A stretch of 36,163 nucleotides of DNA from an uncultured Kordiimonadaceae bacterium (GCA_937914685.1 CALDNY010000296.1:1-36163), one strand, 5' to 3'; positions 1 through 9,956 are shown, numbered from the stretch's first letter. Translations and numbers: made by a program. The notes: generated by a model from the letters alone, not told the origin.

Positions 1-33
1 CTAAAACAGTGGGTTAAAGAGAAACTAGAGTAG
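1..33 (+). CDS. Possible 3' end of an upstream gene (…LKQWVKEKLE*), partial
   Basis: Frame 1 is open from base 1 to TAG at 31-33 and converges on the TonB receptor. Too short to identify. Confidence 0.3.
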   Translation, partial: LKQWVKEKLE

Positions 34-80
34 TTATCTGGGTCAGCCCCAAAATATTTTATATGTAAAATATATCTAAT

Positions 81-2111
81 TTAAAATCCGTAATTTAAAG
101 AGAGTTTGAAATTTCGTCCGGGCATAGCCACTAAATCCTTAAGGAAAGAGGTATGTTGGCGTCTTTGCACATTGGTGATGTTTAGGGCTTGTAGGCGCAG
201 GTCTAAGTTTTGTTCCTTTCCCATTGGCCGCCATGTAAAGGAGAGGTCAATAGATGTATAACCATCGGTCGGCAGGATATCTAAGGCTGTTTTTTTCATG
301 GCACCGACGAAGCGAATATCGCCTGAGGCATCGTAATAGTCACTTTTATATTCTAGACCAATATTGGCGCTTTTTGCGGGCATGCGTGGAATAATGGCGC
401 CATCTTTAAATTCTGCATGGATATAATCGCCAGAGACACTGAGTAGAATTTTATAATATTGCTCATCAAGTAAGGTATAGTCCATTTCTAATTCTGCACC
501 ATAAAATTTGGCGTTTTTTGCTCTAAATTCGAGCAAGGTAAGGCCGTTCATAGTCTGCCCTGTTTCATGTTCATAGATGAAATCTTGATACCATGTATGA
601 TAGAGATTAACACTGCTGCTAAAGGAGCCTAAATCCCTTTTAAAAGTAAGCTCAGCACTGATGGCTTTTTCATTGGTTAAATATAAATTGCCCAGTTCAT
701 AAGCATTGGTCGCTAAATGTGGACCATTGGAAAATAATTCTTCTGGTGTTGGGCTGCGTTCTGAACGGCTAATACTTATGCCGATTAAATCTGCATCGCT
801 AGGATGATATGCCACCCCACCAGAAAAGCTGAAATTATGGAATGATTTTGCGATCCCTAAGGGTTTATTTTGGGCATTCTGATGATCATATCGGGCCCCG
901 ATTTCTACAGTGACAGGTTCTATCTCGATTTCTTCAACAACAAAAACGCCCCATTGAAATGTACTGGTCGGGGGTACAAAGGCTTCTTCGCCAATAGCGG
1001 AAAATTCGCGGTTTCGCATCTGTATGCCCACTGATCCGTGAATATTACCAATTCTTTGCTGAATAAGTTCAAGTCGGCCTTCCCAACCTAAATTATTAAA
1101 ACTTGTACCTTCTTGCAAACCTTCAAATTCAATATGTTTATAATCAGCATAACCAAAGCGCAGACGGCTTTCTTGAAAGATCAGAAAATCTTGTTCAAGG
1201 TTTCCTTTTAGATCAAATCTTTTTTGATCAAGGCCAATACGTACAGGGACTTCTTCGCCGTTTGGAACGCCGTAATTGCTGTTATTTATATTCGCTGAAA
1301 TACCAAAGATTGAATTGGCACCAATCCAGCTTATGCCAATGGTGCCGCCTTTATTATCCACATCAGAATTCTCAACTATATTCATTTTCTGGTCTTGGGA
1401 AGGGATTGCTTCCAGAGCTCTTAAATAGCGGCTTTTTACGAAGCCGGGAATATTATAATTTCCTGTTCGCCGATAATAACCGTCAACATGGAGCACAATA
1501 TTATCGGTTGCGGCCACATTGATAGTGCCGCCGCCGGATCGATCATTACTAACCGTATCTAAAGCGAGACGCGCACGACCAGAAGCACCCATATCGGGTA
1601 CGACTGTAGGAATTCGATTATCAATGATATTAACCACACCACCGACGGCGTTGCTGCCGTATAATAATGTACTGGCGCCGCGCATAATTTCAACACGTTC
1701 TGCGGTCAATGGATCTCCTGCAACGGAATGATCGGGACTTGTACTGGCCGCATCGATGCTGCCGATACCGTTAATCAGGACGCGAATGCGGTCTCCCCCT
1801 AATCCTCGAATGATCGGGCGGCTGGCACCAGGGCCAAAAAATGTAGATGAAATACCGGGTATTCCAGACAAAGTTTCACCAATGGTTGCGGCCATATTTT
1901 TATTAAGCTCGTCGGCATTTAAAATGTTACTTCCTTGAAGAACATCAAGCCTGTTTTTTTTATGGGGAGAGGCCGTGACAAAAATTTCGTCCATTTCGTG
2001 ATCATGGTCTTGAGCATGATCATGTAATGGTGGTGTTTCTTGGGCAAAGGCTGATGGCATTATCGTTAACGATAATGCTAGTAGTGGGGAAGCGATCAGA
2101 AGAAATTTCAT
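81..2111 (-). CDS. TonB-dependent outer-membrane receptor, ZnuD-like (probable zinc uptake)
   Basis: Signal peptide (…SAFA|QE), TonB-box-like EIFVTA, plug motifs RPIIRG and RVEIMRGASTLLYGSNAVGGVVN, ZnuD-type His motifs (SPDH, GPHLAT, RQHTSFLK), C-terminal Phe, and an upstream Zur box. Confidence 0.9.
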   Translation of the reverse strand: MKFLLIASPLLALSLTIMPSAFAQETPPLHDHAQDHDHEMDEIFVTASPHKKNRLDVLQGSNILNADELNKNMAATIGETLSGIPGISSTFFGPGASRPIIRGLGGDRIRVLINGIGSIDAASTSPDHSVAGDPLTAERVEIMRGASTLLYGSNAVGGVVNIIDNRIPTVVPDMGASGRARLALDTVSNDRSGGGTINVAATDNIVLHVDGYYRRTGNYNIPGFVKSRYLRALEAIPSQDQKMNIVENSDVDNKGGTIGISWIGANSIFGISANINNSNYGVPNGEEVPVRIGLDQKRFDLKGNLEQDFLIFQESRLRFGYADYKHIEFEGLQEGTSFNNLGWEGRLELIQQRIGNIHGSVGIQMRNREFSAIGEEAFVPPTSTFQWGVFVVEEIEIEPVTVEIGARYDHQNAQNKPLGIAKSFHNFSFSGGVAYHPSDADLIGISISRSERSPTPEELFSNGPHLATNAYELGNLYLTNEKAISAELTFKRDLGSFSSSVNLYHTWYQDFIYEHETGQTMNGLTLLEFRAKNAKFYGAELEMDYTLLDEQYYKILLSVSGDYIHAEFKDGAIIPRMPAKSANIGLEYKSDYYDASGDIRFVGAMKKTALDILPTDGYTSIDLSFTWRPMGKEQNLDLRLQALNITNVQRRQHTSFLKDLVAMPGRNFKLSLNYGF

Positions 2112-2144
2112 TAACTTTGACTCTTAATTACTAAGACTATGGGC

Positions 2145-2174
2145 AATATATGTTATATTATAACAAAATGTCAA
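2145..2174 (-). promoter_or_regulatory. sigma70-type promoter of the TonB receptor
   Basis: Minus strand reads TTGACA (2174-2169)-N18-TATATT (2150-2145). The Zur box lies in the spacer. Confidence 0.65.
2151..2165. promoter_or_regulatory. Zur box (TGTTATA-T-TATAACA)
   Basis: Perfect 7-1-7 palindrome matching the proteobacterial Zur core TGTTATANTATAACA, 40 bp upstream of the receptor start. Confidence 0.85.
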
Positions 2175-2752
2175 GTATTATCAGCCCGTAAAAAGTAATT
2201 TATCATGTTCATTGCATCTTCGGAATTCCACAAAGCGGGGCCCACTAATCGGCCGACTTCGTTTCCATTTTGATCGAATAAAACACTGGTGGGAAGGGCA
2301 TTGGCTTTTAAAGCGCGGGCAATTTTTCTTTTGGGGTCAATATATGTTTTTAAATGGGAGATATTATTGTCTTTTAGAAACTTGATCGAACTTTCAATGC
2401 CATCTTGGTTTTCAGAAATGAGAATGATTTGAAAATTTGTTCCTTCCATTGCTTTTTGCAAATCATTAAGATCGGGCATTTCTTTAATGCAAGGCGCACA
2501 CCAAGTGGCCCATAAATTAACGAGAATTACTTTGCCTTTAAAATCTGAAAAAGTAACTTCATTGCCTCTTTCATCTAAAAAAACAGACTGAGGTGCCGCC
2601 ATTAATTTATCGGCGACTATAAATCTTTTCATTGTGCCAGCGTTAAGGCCTTGTGGTACATTGTTATTTGGCGTATTCCCTATGTTATAATATGCCAATG
2701 TGGCAATGATCAGGGTAATGAATGCTGTAAAATATAATATCTTATTATTCAT
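2171..2752 (-). CDS. tlpA: TlpA-family thiol:disulfide oxidoreductase
   Basis: N-terminal membrane anchor, [10 protein letters not shown] active site, cis-Pro ALPT. Divergent from argH, as in other alphaproteobacteria. Confidence 0.88.
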   Translation of the reverse strand: MNNKILYFTAFITLIIATLAYYNIGNTPNNNVPQGLNAGTMKRFIVADKLMAAPQSVFLDERGNEVTFSDFKGKVILVNLWATWCAPCIKEMPDLNDLQKAMEGTNFQIILISENQDGIESSIKFLKDNNISHLKTYIDPKRKIARALKANALPTSVLFDQNGNEVGRLVGPALWNSEDAMNMINYFLRADNT

Positions 2753-2790
2753 GTTTTATCCTCAAACGAAACAAAATAAAGAAAAGACCG

Positions 2791-4194
2791 ATGACTGATT
2801 ATAAACAAAGCGAACAAGCAAATTCCTTATGGGGTGGCCGTTTTAAAGGCGGTGTATCTGATATCATGGAAAAAATTAACGCCTCAATCGATTTTGATAA
2901 AGTGTTATATAGACAAGATATCAAAGGATCAATTGAACATTGTAAGATGTTGATAACTAAAGATATAATTTCTGAGCCAGACGGAGAAGCGATCCTCGGT
3001 GGCCTTGCACAAATTAAAAAAGAAATCGAATCAGGCGATTTTAACTTTGATGTGACTTTAGAAGATATCCATATGAATATCGAACATCGTCTAAGCGAAA
3101 TCATCGGACAGGCCGCTGGGCGACTTCATACGGGTCGTTCAAGAAACGACCAAGTTGCCGTTGATTTTAAACTTTACGTGCGTGATGCCTGTGATCAGGC
3201 CGATGAGGCGCTAAAAGGATTGCAATTAGCATTGATAAATGTGGCCAAGGAAAATGCCGATACCATAATGCCGGGCTTTACCCATTTGCAAAGTGCGCAA
3301 CCCGTCACCTTTGGTCATCATATGCTGGCATATTTTGAAATGTTCACCCGAGATCGTTCGCGCTTTGCCGATGCGAGAAAACGGCTTAATGAATGTCCGC
3401 TTGGCGCTGCGGCTCTTGCGGGGACATCTTTTGCTATTGATCGTCAGCAAACGGCTCGGGCGTTAGGGTTTGATCGGCCCACATATAATTCAATGGATAG
3501 TGTGGCGGATCGCGATTTTGCCCTAGAATTCATGGCGGCTGCATCAATCAGTGCGATACATGTATCAAGGCTTGCTGAGGAGCTGGTTATGTGGTCCTGC
3601 GCTCAATTTAATTATATTTCTATGTCCGATAGCTTCACCACAGGGTCTTCTATAATGCCGCAAAAACGCAATCCGGATGCAGCCGAGCTATGTCGCGGCA
3701 AATCGGGGCGTATTATTGGCTCGTTAAACAGCCTTCTTGTGACCATGAAAGGATTGGCGCTCACTTTTTCGAAGGATATGCAGGAAGATAAAGAAGCGAC
3801 CTTTGATGCGGTGGAGACCTATGCTCTAATCATTGCCGCACTGACTGGTATGATTGAAGATATGAAGGTTAACAAAGAGCAGATGCTAGCATCGACTAAT
3901 AAAGGTTTTATTACAGCAACGGACCTTGCAGATTGGATTGTACGAGTTCTTGGACTGCCTTTTAGAAAAGCTCATCATATTACTGGATCACTGGTGGCTC
4001 TTGCCGAAAAAAAAGGTTGCGATCTTGATGGATTAACCCTTCAAGAAATGCAAACAATTGAATCTCTTATTAATGATGATGTTTTTAATGTATTGTCGGT
4101 TGAGAATTCTGTAGCAAGTCGCGTAAGTTACGGTGGTACAGCACCATCAGAGGTTCTTAAACAAGTGGCAGTTGCCCTAAAAAGAGTTGGTTAA
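2791..4194 (+). CDS. argH: Argininosuccinate lyase
   Basis: [23 protein letters not shown] and the [12 protein letters not shown] signature. Confidence 0.98.
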   Translation: MTDYKQSEQANSLWGGRFKGGVSDIMEKINASIDFDKVLYRQDIKGSIEHCKMLITKDIISEPDGEAILGGLAQIKKEIESGDFNFDVTLEDIHMNIEHRLSEIIGQAAGRLHTGRSRNDQVAVDFKLYVRDACDQADEALKGLQLALINVAKENADTIMPGFTHLQSAQPVTFGHHMLAYFEMFTRDRSRFADARKRLNECPLGAAALAGTSFAIDRQQTARALGFDRPTYNSMDSVADRDFALEFMAAASISAIHVSRLAEELVMWSCAQFNYISMSDSFTTGSSIMPQKRNPDAAELCRGKSGRIIGSLNSLLVTMKGLALTFSKDMQEDKEATFDAVETYALIIAALTGMIEDMKVNKEQMLASTNKGFITATDLADWIVRVLGLPFRKAHHITGSLVALAEKKGCDLDGLTLQEMQTIESLINDDVFNVLSVENSVASRVSYGGTAPSEVLKQVAVALKRVG

Positions 4195-4195
4195 A

Positions 4196-4309
4196 ATGCA
4201 AAAAATTATTATTTTATTTTTAACAGTATCTTTTTCAATGAGTTTACTTTCTTGTGGCAAGCGCGGCGATCCATTGCCGCCCGCTGGTTATGAAGAACCA
4301 AAAAAATAA
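4196..4309 (+). CDS. lptM: Small lipoprotein, LptM/YifL-like, 37 aa (MQKIIILFLTVSFSMSLLSCGKRGDPLPPAGYEEPKK)
   Basis: Read manually. ATG at 4196, 1 nt after the argH stop; hydrophobic signal, lipobox LLSC, then CGKRGDPLPP resembling CGxKGPLxxP. Conserved position between argH and lysA. Confidence 0.8.
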   Translation: MQKIIILFLTVSFSMSLLSCGKRGDPLPPAGYEEPKK

Positions 4310-4337
4310 TATTAATAAAATTTAAGTAGGGTCAGTT

Positions 4338-5603
4338 ATGAATTTTTTTGAATATCGCGACGGCGAGATGCATGTGGAAAATATAAAAGTTTCTATGATC
4401 GCTGATAAAGTAGGAACACCATTTTATCTATATTCGAGTGCATCGTTAGAATATCAATATAATCAGTTTAAGGACGCCTTTGGTGATTTGGACTTGCTGA
4501 TATGTTATGCGGTGAAGGCCAATACCAATCAGGCGGTGATCAAAACCTTAGGCTCTCTTGGGGCTGGTGCGGATGTGGTATCAGAAGGCGAAATGCGCAG
4601 AGCCATTAAAGCGGGAATTTCACCACAAAAAATAGTTTATTCGGGTGTTGCTAAAACGGTCGCTGAAATGACTTACGCCCTAAAGAAAGGCATTTTTCAG
4701 TTTAATGTGGAATCTGAACCTGAATTATATCAACTGAGCGAGGTTGCGACTGCCCTTGGCAAGGTGGCGGATATTACCTTTCGGGTTAATCCTGATGTGG
4801 ACGCTAAAACCCATGCTAAAATTTCTACAGGAAAATCGGAAAATAAATTTGGTATTCCATGGAAGAATATTCATCAAATTTGCGCAAAAGCGGCAAAACT
4901 TTCAGGTATAAAACTTGTCGGTCTAGATCTTCATATTGGCTCGCAAATAACAGACCTTGCCCCCTTTGAGGAAGCCTTCACGCGGGTAGGTAATTTGGTT
5001 GAAACCTTAAGAGAAGAAGGACATGACATTACGCGTCTTGATTTAGGCGGTGGCATTGGTATTTCATATGACGGTGAAAATGATAATCCTATATTGTCCC
5101 ATGACTATGCTAAAATGGTTAAAAGAGTAGTCGGCCATTTGCAATGCCAGATTATTATCGAGCCGGGACGCTTTCTTGTTGGTAATGCAGGTATATTGGT
5201 CTCAAAAGTGGTTTATGTAAAAGAGGGTGCGGAACGTAGCTTTCTCATCATTGATGCGGCGATGAATGATTTAATCCGACCGAGCATGTATGATGCTTAC
5301 CATGCTATTGATCCCGTGATAGAAAATAAGGATGCCAAGGTCGCCTATGACATTGTTGGCCCTGTATGTGAAACGGGGGACACTTTTGCCAAAGGCCGTA
5401 TAATAAATCCTTTGAAAAAGGATCAATTAATAGTGATTCGTTCCGTTGGTGCTTACGGCGCGGTAATGGCCTCCACATATAATACGCGACGCCTCATTCC
5501 AGAAGTGCTTGTAAAAACAAATGAATTTGCTGTTGTAAGGCCACGTCCATCATACGAAGATATTATAGGGCTTGATCAACTTCCATCTTGGCTGTCAGAA
5601 TAG
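4338..5603 (+). CDS. lysA: Diaminopimelate decarboxylase
   Basis: YAVKAN (PLP Lys), HIGSQ, EPGR and CETGD motifs. Confidence 0.97.
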   Translation: MNFFEYRDGEMHVENIKVSMIADKVGTPFYLYSSASLEYQYNQFKDAFGDLDLLICYAVKANTNQAVIKTLGSLGAGADVVSEGEMRRAIKAGISPQKIVYSGVAKTVAEMTYALKKGIFQFNVESEPELYQLSEVATALGKVADITFRVNPDVDAKTHAKISTGKSENKFGIPWKNIHQICAKAAKLSGIKLVGLDLHIGSQITDLAPFEEAFTRVGNLVETLREEGHDITRLDLGGGIGISYDGENDNPILSHDYAKMVKRVVGHLQCQIIIEPGRFLVGNAGILVSKVVYVKEGAERSFLIIDAAMNDLIRPSMYDAYHAIDPVIENKDAKVAYDIVGPVCETGDTFAKGRIINPLKKDQLIVIRSVGAYGAVMASTYNTRRLIPEVLVKTNEFAVVRPRPSYEDIIGLDQLPSWLSE

Positions 5604-5710
5604 AAGCATTATAGACTTATAAAGGATTTATTCTGTCGCAAGAAACCATTAGGAATTTAGCGGAAAGTTTCGTAAAAGCGCCGTTATTAAGGACGTTAAC
5701 GACGGCTATT

Positions 5711-7645
5711 ATGCCTGTCTTATTACTGTTTTTAATCTATTTCAATCTTTCTATATTAGGTGTCTGGGACTATGGAGCAGATTGGTTTGCTGCCTTAGGA
5801 TATTTGTTATTGATAGGAGGTGGGTTTTTTCTATTCATTAAAGCTATCATTAGAAAAGAACAGAAAATTGATTTAATAATGGTCAAAAGGCTGTTTGCTT
5901 ATGCCTTGATATCGGTTGTTTTAATCTTATGGAGTGGCGAAGATTTTTCTCGTCGTGCCGAGCTTGCGTTTAAGCCCCAGCAATTTTTTGATTATCCAGA
6001 TCCACAGATTACGGCAACCATAACAGCCCCATTATATTTAAATCGCGATACTATTAGCATAGACTTGTCCCAAAATATTTATCTTCAAAGTGGAGATTAT
6101 CAAGGCCTTAATCCGGTTTATGAAGGAAGTGTTCTTGATGTGCATGTTAAAAACACAAAATGGAAACCAACGCTTGGGCTTTCAGATGGCCAAAGTTTTT
6201 CATTTGAACAACAAGAAGACGGAAGCTTTAAAGCCAGTGCAAAAATAGCCATTCAAGACCAATGGCAGGTCCGCCAAGGATTACAGGTCATTGGTTCGTG
6301 GCCTATTATTTTAATAGAAGATCAAGCTCCGAGGATTGTTAATTTTACCATAGAGAATAGTGAAAATGAAAAAGGCTATCTTGCTTTAAATGTAGATGTT
6401 GATGATGACTATAAAATTATCAAAGCAACTCTTGAGGCAATAGCGCCAGACGGTGTGTTTGGGCGGCAAGATTTATCTATTCATGAAATTAAATCATATC
6501 AAAATGTTTTTTATATCGATATGACAAAATTTTATAATGAGGGTCAGAAAGTTGATGTAAAACTCTCTATAGAAGATGAAGCAGGGCAGATTTCTTCTGC
6601 GGTGATTAGCAATGTAACACTGCCACATCGTGAGTTTAACAATGGCATTGCTCAAAAATTGGTGTCATTGCGCAATCAATTAAATAAAAATGACTATGAT
6701 TTAAATAACGTGTCACGACAATTAAAAGCGTTAGGACTTTTGTCTGACAATGAAGGCTTGCCGCCAGTTTATTATATGGCCTTGCGTTCGGCTTACTGGC
6801 GTCTTGTTGATCCTACTGCGGTGGATGATGTTGAGATCGCAAAAGATATGCTGTGGGATATTGCCCTTAAAATAGAGGGTCATGACATCAGTCTACTTGA
6901 AAATTCATTAATTTTTGCTCTTGATGATATTATTCTTGCTATTAAGCAAAAAAAATCAGTGATGGAAATACGCGAAGAATTACGCAGCGCGGATGCGCTG
7001 TTTCGTCTTTATTCATCGGCCTTGATTGAAACTCAATCACCGCAATATTCGTTGGATATTGATATTAGATCTATCCGTAAACTTTACAGTTATATTTTGG
7101 CCTTCAGTGATCAGGAAAAATTTTATAATGCGGCGATTATTACGGACTTTATGCGTAAGGGACTTGTTCATAATGATGATTTGATCTTAAGCAAAGAAGG
7201 TTTAAGTCGTTATTTTGCCCTGACAGAAGGGCGTAAAATAATTGATAACTTAATATTAATTCAAAAATCCTTGTTGGCTAATTCATATGACCAACAAATG
7301 AAAGAGAATCTTTTCCTAAAAAGCACTCTTGAAACGAGCGTCAGCGAGAAGAAAACTCAAGAGCATATTAAATTACAAACGAAAATTGGCGATGCGGTTA
7401 AGATGTTAGGGGAAAAAATATCATTCACAGGATTTACATCAGATTTCCTTATACAAAATGCAACAAGTTTGGTTGAAGAAATTATAGCTAACATGAAAAT
7501 CAGCGAACTTAATCAAGTAACACAGTCACAATCTGAGCTTATTTCTATTATGAGCAGCTTGAAAAGAATTTTAAATAAACCGGTGGCGGGGGGCGAGGAG
7601 CTTCAGAATATATTGCAGGAAATTAATGCAGGACCTGTTTCTTGA
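5711..7645 (+). CDS. DUF4175/TIGR02302-like membrane-anchored protein, divergent; true start may be upstream (CTG 5633)
   Basis: N-terminal TM segments, ITAPLY, DQAP…DDDY, LPHREFNN and YMALRSAYWRL…LWDIALKIE motifs recalling TIGR02302. Position downstream of lysA fits that family. Confidence 0.6.
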   Translation: MPVLLLFLIYFNLSILGVWDYGADWFAALGYLLLIGGGFFLFIKAIIRKEQKIDLIMVKRLFAYALISVVLILWSGEDFSRRAELAFKPQQFFDYPDPQITATITAPLYLNRDTISIDLSQNIYLQSGDYQGLNPVYEGSVLDVHVKNTKWKPTLGLSDGQSFSFEQQEDGSFKASAKIAIQDQWQVRQGLQVIGSWPIILIEDQAPRIVNFTIENSENEKGYLALNVDVDDDYKIIKATLEAIAPDGVFGRQDLSIHEIKSYQNVFYIDMTKFYNEGQKVDVKLSIEDEAGQISSAVISNVTLPHREFNNGIAQKLVSLRNQLNKNDYDLNNVSRQLKALGLLSDNEGLPPVYYMALRSAYWRLVDPTAVDDVEIAKDMLWDIALKIEGHDISLLENSLIFALDDIILAIKQKKSVMEIREELRSADALFRLYSSALIETQSPQYSLDIDIRSIRKLYSYILAFSDQEKFYNAAIITDFMRKGLVHNDDLILSKEGLSRYFALTEGRKIIDNLILIQKSLLANSYDQQMKENLFLKSTLETSVSEKKTQEHIKLQTKIGDAVKMLGEKISFTGFTSDFLIQNATSLVEEIIANMKISELNQVTQSQSELISIMSSLKRILNKPVAGGEELQNILQEINAGPVS

Positions 7646-8020
7646 TCAATGGACAGAGTGTTTTATAGCGAGAGCTTCATCAACGGCATGGCATATTTCA
7701 TCTAATGAAAATGGTTTGCTAATGATATGATTAATCAAACCTTTCATATTATGAGCTCGTTGTTTCTCGTGAACAAATCCGGTCATCATTAGAATAGGAA
7801 GCATGGGATATTCGGCTGTAACCTTTAATGCTAGTGATATTCCGTCCATAACGGGCATAATAATATCAGTTAGCAACAAATCAAATTCATCATTTTCTAA
7901 TTGGACAATCGCTGCTCCACCATCGGCAACGCCAACAGTTTCGTGTCCGCGCAGTTTCAGGGCCCGACAAATAAAAGTACGAACGGCAATTTCATCTTCT
8001 GCTACTAAAATTCGTGCCAT
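7646..8020 (-). CDS. Single-domain response regulator, CpdR-like (CpdR2 syntenic type)
   Basis: MARILVAEDE…LLLTDIIMPVMDG…MTG…KPF receiver domain with no output domain. Location near lysA/argH matches rhizobial cpdR2. Confidence 0.8.
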   Translation of the reverse strand: MARILVAEDEIAVRTFICRALKLRGHETVGVADGGAAIVQLENDEFDLLLTDIIMPVMDGISLALKVTAEYPMLPILMMTGFVHEKQRAHNMKGLINHIISKPFSLDEICHAVDEALAIKHSVH

Positions 8021-8092
8021 ATTAAATCCACATTATTTCTTAACATGTTATCAATATAGCTAAATTCTTTATAATTTATTATTATTTGCATA

Positions 8093-8971
8093 TTAATTTG
8101 AGATAATTACAACGGAGACATTCTTTGCTTCGCTCGGCGAATTGGGTAAAGTCGTGCGGAATGTGACAATTTCACCAGGCGTTGACATTGGTTTGTCCGC
8201 ATCAAATAGCCATTCACGAATGGTTGCATGATTTTGATCTTGTAAAGTCACTTTTAGTTTTGGAATCTCTTGATCGACTTTAGATATATTTTCAATATTA
8301 CCCGTTATGATCAAAGAAACTTTATCATTTACGCTTTCTAGGGCGGTGTTGATGGCTCGGATCGTAAGCCTTTCATTCATGGGAATTATTTCTGGTTCTT
8401 TGGCTTTAGCAGGCTTATGGCTATCGTCTAAACCCAAAGCTATATACAGTTTTTTAGAGGGCGGCCAACTTTGAATAATGGTCCCCTGCATCACTAAAAA
8501 CATACTAATGATAACGGTGACAAAAACCACAAGAGAAATCCAGCCAAACTTATTTATGTCTTGCTTCTGTCTTTGTAGAGCGGGCAGATTTGACCCTTTC
8601 GGTATGGGGCGGCGACGCTTCGTTGGTTTTTGATTAGGAAAATCAAAATTATCATCGCCGCTTGATGTTTCTTCGTCTGGCGCACTTTCTTTGTCATCAG
8701 ATTTATATTTATCTATCAGATCGTCTTGAGAAGAATGTTCGTCATCTGAATTTTTTGTTTTGTCTTTTTTAGTTTCTTTAGCTTCTTTAGTTTTTTCAGT
8801 TTCTTCAGTTTGTGTTTTGTCCTCGGGGGGGAGAACTTCTATTTCTGGTTTTGGCTTTTCTTCAAACCAATTATGGCTGCATTTAGCACAGCGAACCGTC
8901 CGTCCGCGAGGTAGTAACGCATTCGGATTAACAACATATCTAGATTTACATTCTGGGCATGTTATGATCAT
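8093..8971 (-). CDS. zitP: Zinc-ribbon (MJ0042-type) + acidic linker + TM + DUF3426 protein, ZitP-like
   Basis: CPEC…CAKC zinc finger with W35, low-complexity linker, single TM (GWISLVVFVTVIISMFLVM), C-terminal periplasmic domain. Divergent from ftsE. Confidence 0.75.
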   Translation of the reverse strand: MIITCPECKSRYVVNPNALLPRGRTVRCAKCSHNWFEEKPKPEIEVLPPEDKTQTEETEKTKEAKETKKDKTKNSDDEHSSQDDLIDKYKSDDKESAPDEETSSGDDNFDFPNQKPTKRRRPIPKGSNLPALQRQKQDINKFGWISLVVFVTVIISMFLVMQGTIIQSWPPSKKLYIALGLDDSHKPAKAKEPEIIPMNERLTIRAINTALESVNDKVSLIITGNIENISKVDQEIPKLKVTLQDQNHATIREWLFDADKPMSTPGEIVTFRTTLPNSPSEAKNVSVVIISN

Positions 8972-9266
8972 AGAATAAGCCTGTAATATCCATCGGTTAG
9001 AGTTAATTTCAATGACACGTTATAGTATGCGTTCAAAGGATTATCAATAGGGTAACAATTTTGGGTTTTAATATTTTCATTATTATAGCTTTGCTTGCTT
9101 AATAAAGTATGATCAAATTTCTATAGATGAAAGACAATATTTAAGCAGAAATGGCGGATAATTTATTATAATGGATATTGCCATAAAATAATCCTATTGG
9201 AATTGCATTATTATTATTACTATGTTTTAAAAGATAGAAATATAGATCAAAATTAAGGACCCCATA

Positions 9267-9956
9267 TTGGTAGAGTTTAGAAATGTAAGTATGAGCTACG
9301 ACAAAGGTTCAGATGTCCTAAAGGACATATCATTTAAGTTAGAACCGGGGTCAATGCATTTTCTAACGGGTCCGAGTGGTGCGGGGAAAACATCATTACT
9401 TAAATTAATGTATTTAGCCCACCGTCCTTCTCGCGGTGAAATCATTATGTTTGGCCAAGATGTCTCAAAGGCATCACGGACCGAATTACCTAAATTAAGA
9501 CGACGGATCGGAGTGGTATTTCAGGATTTTAGATTGCTTGATCATATGTCTGCTGTTGAAAATGTTGCTTTACCATTACGCATTGCTGGGGGGAGTGGGC
9601 CACAAATTAATGAACATGTGGAAGAGCTCTTAAGATGGGTCGGCCTTGATGATCGCATGAATGCAAATCCGTCTACCTTGTCTGGTGGTGAAAAACAACG
9701 GGTTGCTATTGCAAGAGCCGTGATCAGAAGGCCAGATATTCTACTGGCAGATGAACCGACAGGGAATGTTGATCCTGAAATGGGCGAGCGTTTGATGTAT
9801 TTATTCGTCGAGCTTAATAAGCTCGGAACGACAATCGTCATCGCCACTCATGACACTGGATTAGTCGAAAAGATTGGAGCTTCAAAACTTCATTTAGAAG
9901 GGGGAAATTTATTGCATATTGAAGGAACTATGAATGATTTTGAGGAAGAATCATGA
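9267..9956 (+). CDS. ftsE: Cell division ATP-binding protein FtsE (TTG start)
   Basis: GPSGAGKT, IGVVFQDFRLL, LSGGEKQR and LADEPTGN. SD AAGGA upstream. Confidence 0.95.
   Translation: MVEFRNVSMSYDKGSDVLKDISFKLEPGSMHFLTGPSGAGKTSLLKLMYLAHRPSRGEIIMFGQDVSKASRTELPKLRRRIGVVFQDFRLLDHMSAVENVALPLRIAGGSGPQINEHVEELLRWVGLDDRMNANPSTLSGGEKQRVAIARAVIRRPDILLADEPTGNVDPEMGERLMYLFVELNKLGTTIVIATHDTGLVEKIGASKLHLEGGNLLHIEGTMNDFEEES

Noticed and set aside
54-73. AT-only inverted repeat (ATATTTTA-TATG-TAAAATAT) after the TonB receptor, as a terminator
   Set aside because: The stem has no GC pairs and is expected by chance in AT-rich sequence.
7646-8020. Assigning the gene symbol cpdR
   Set aside because: Context and C-terminal residues (MTGF…EKQRA…KPFSL) fit the CpdR2-type paralog better than the canonical ClpXP adaptor. 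A phylogeny is needed.
8972-9266. CtrA sites (TTAA-N7-TTAA) in the zitP/ftsE intergenic region
   Set aside because: I found only isolated TTAA half-sites with wrong spacing, in AT-rich DNA.
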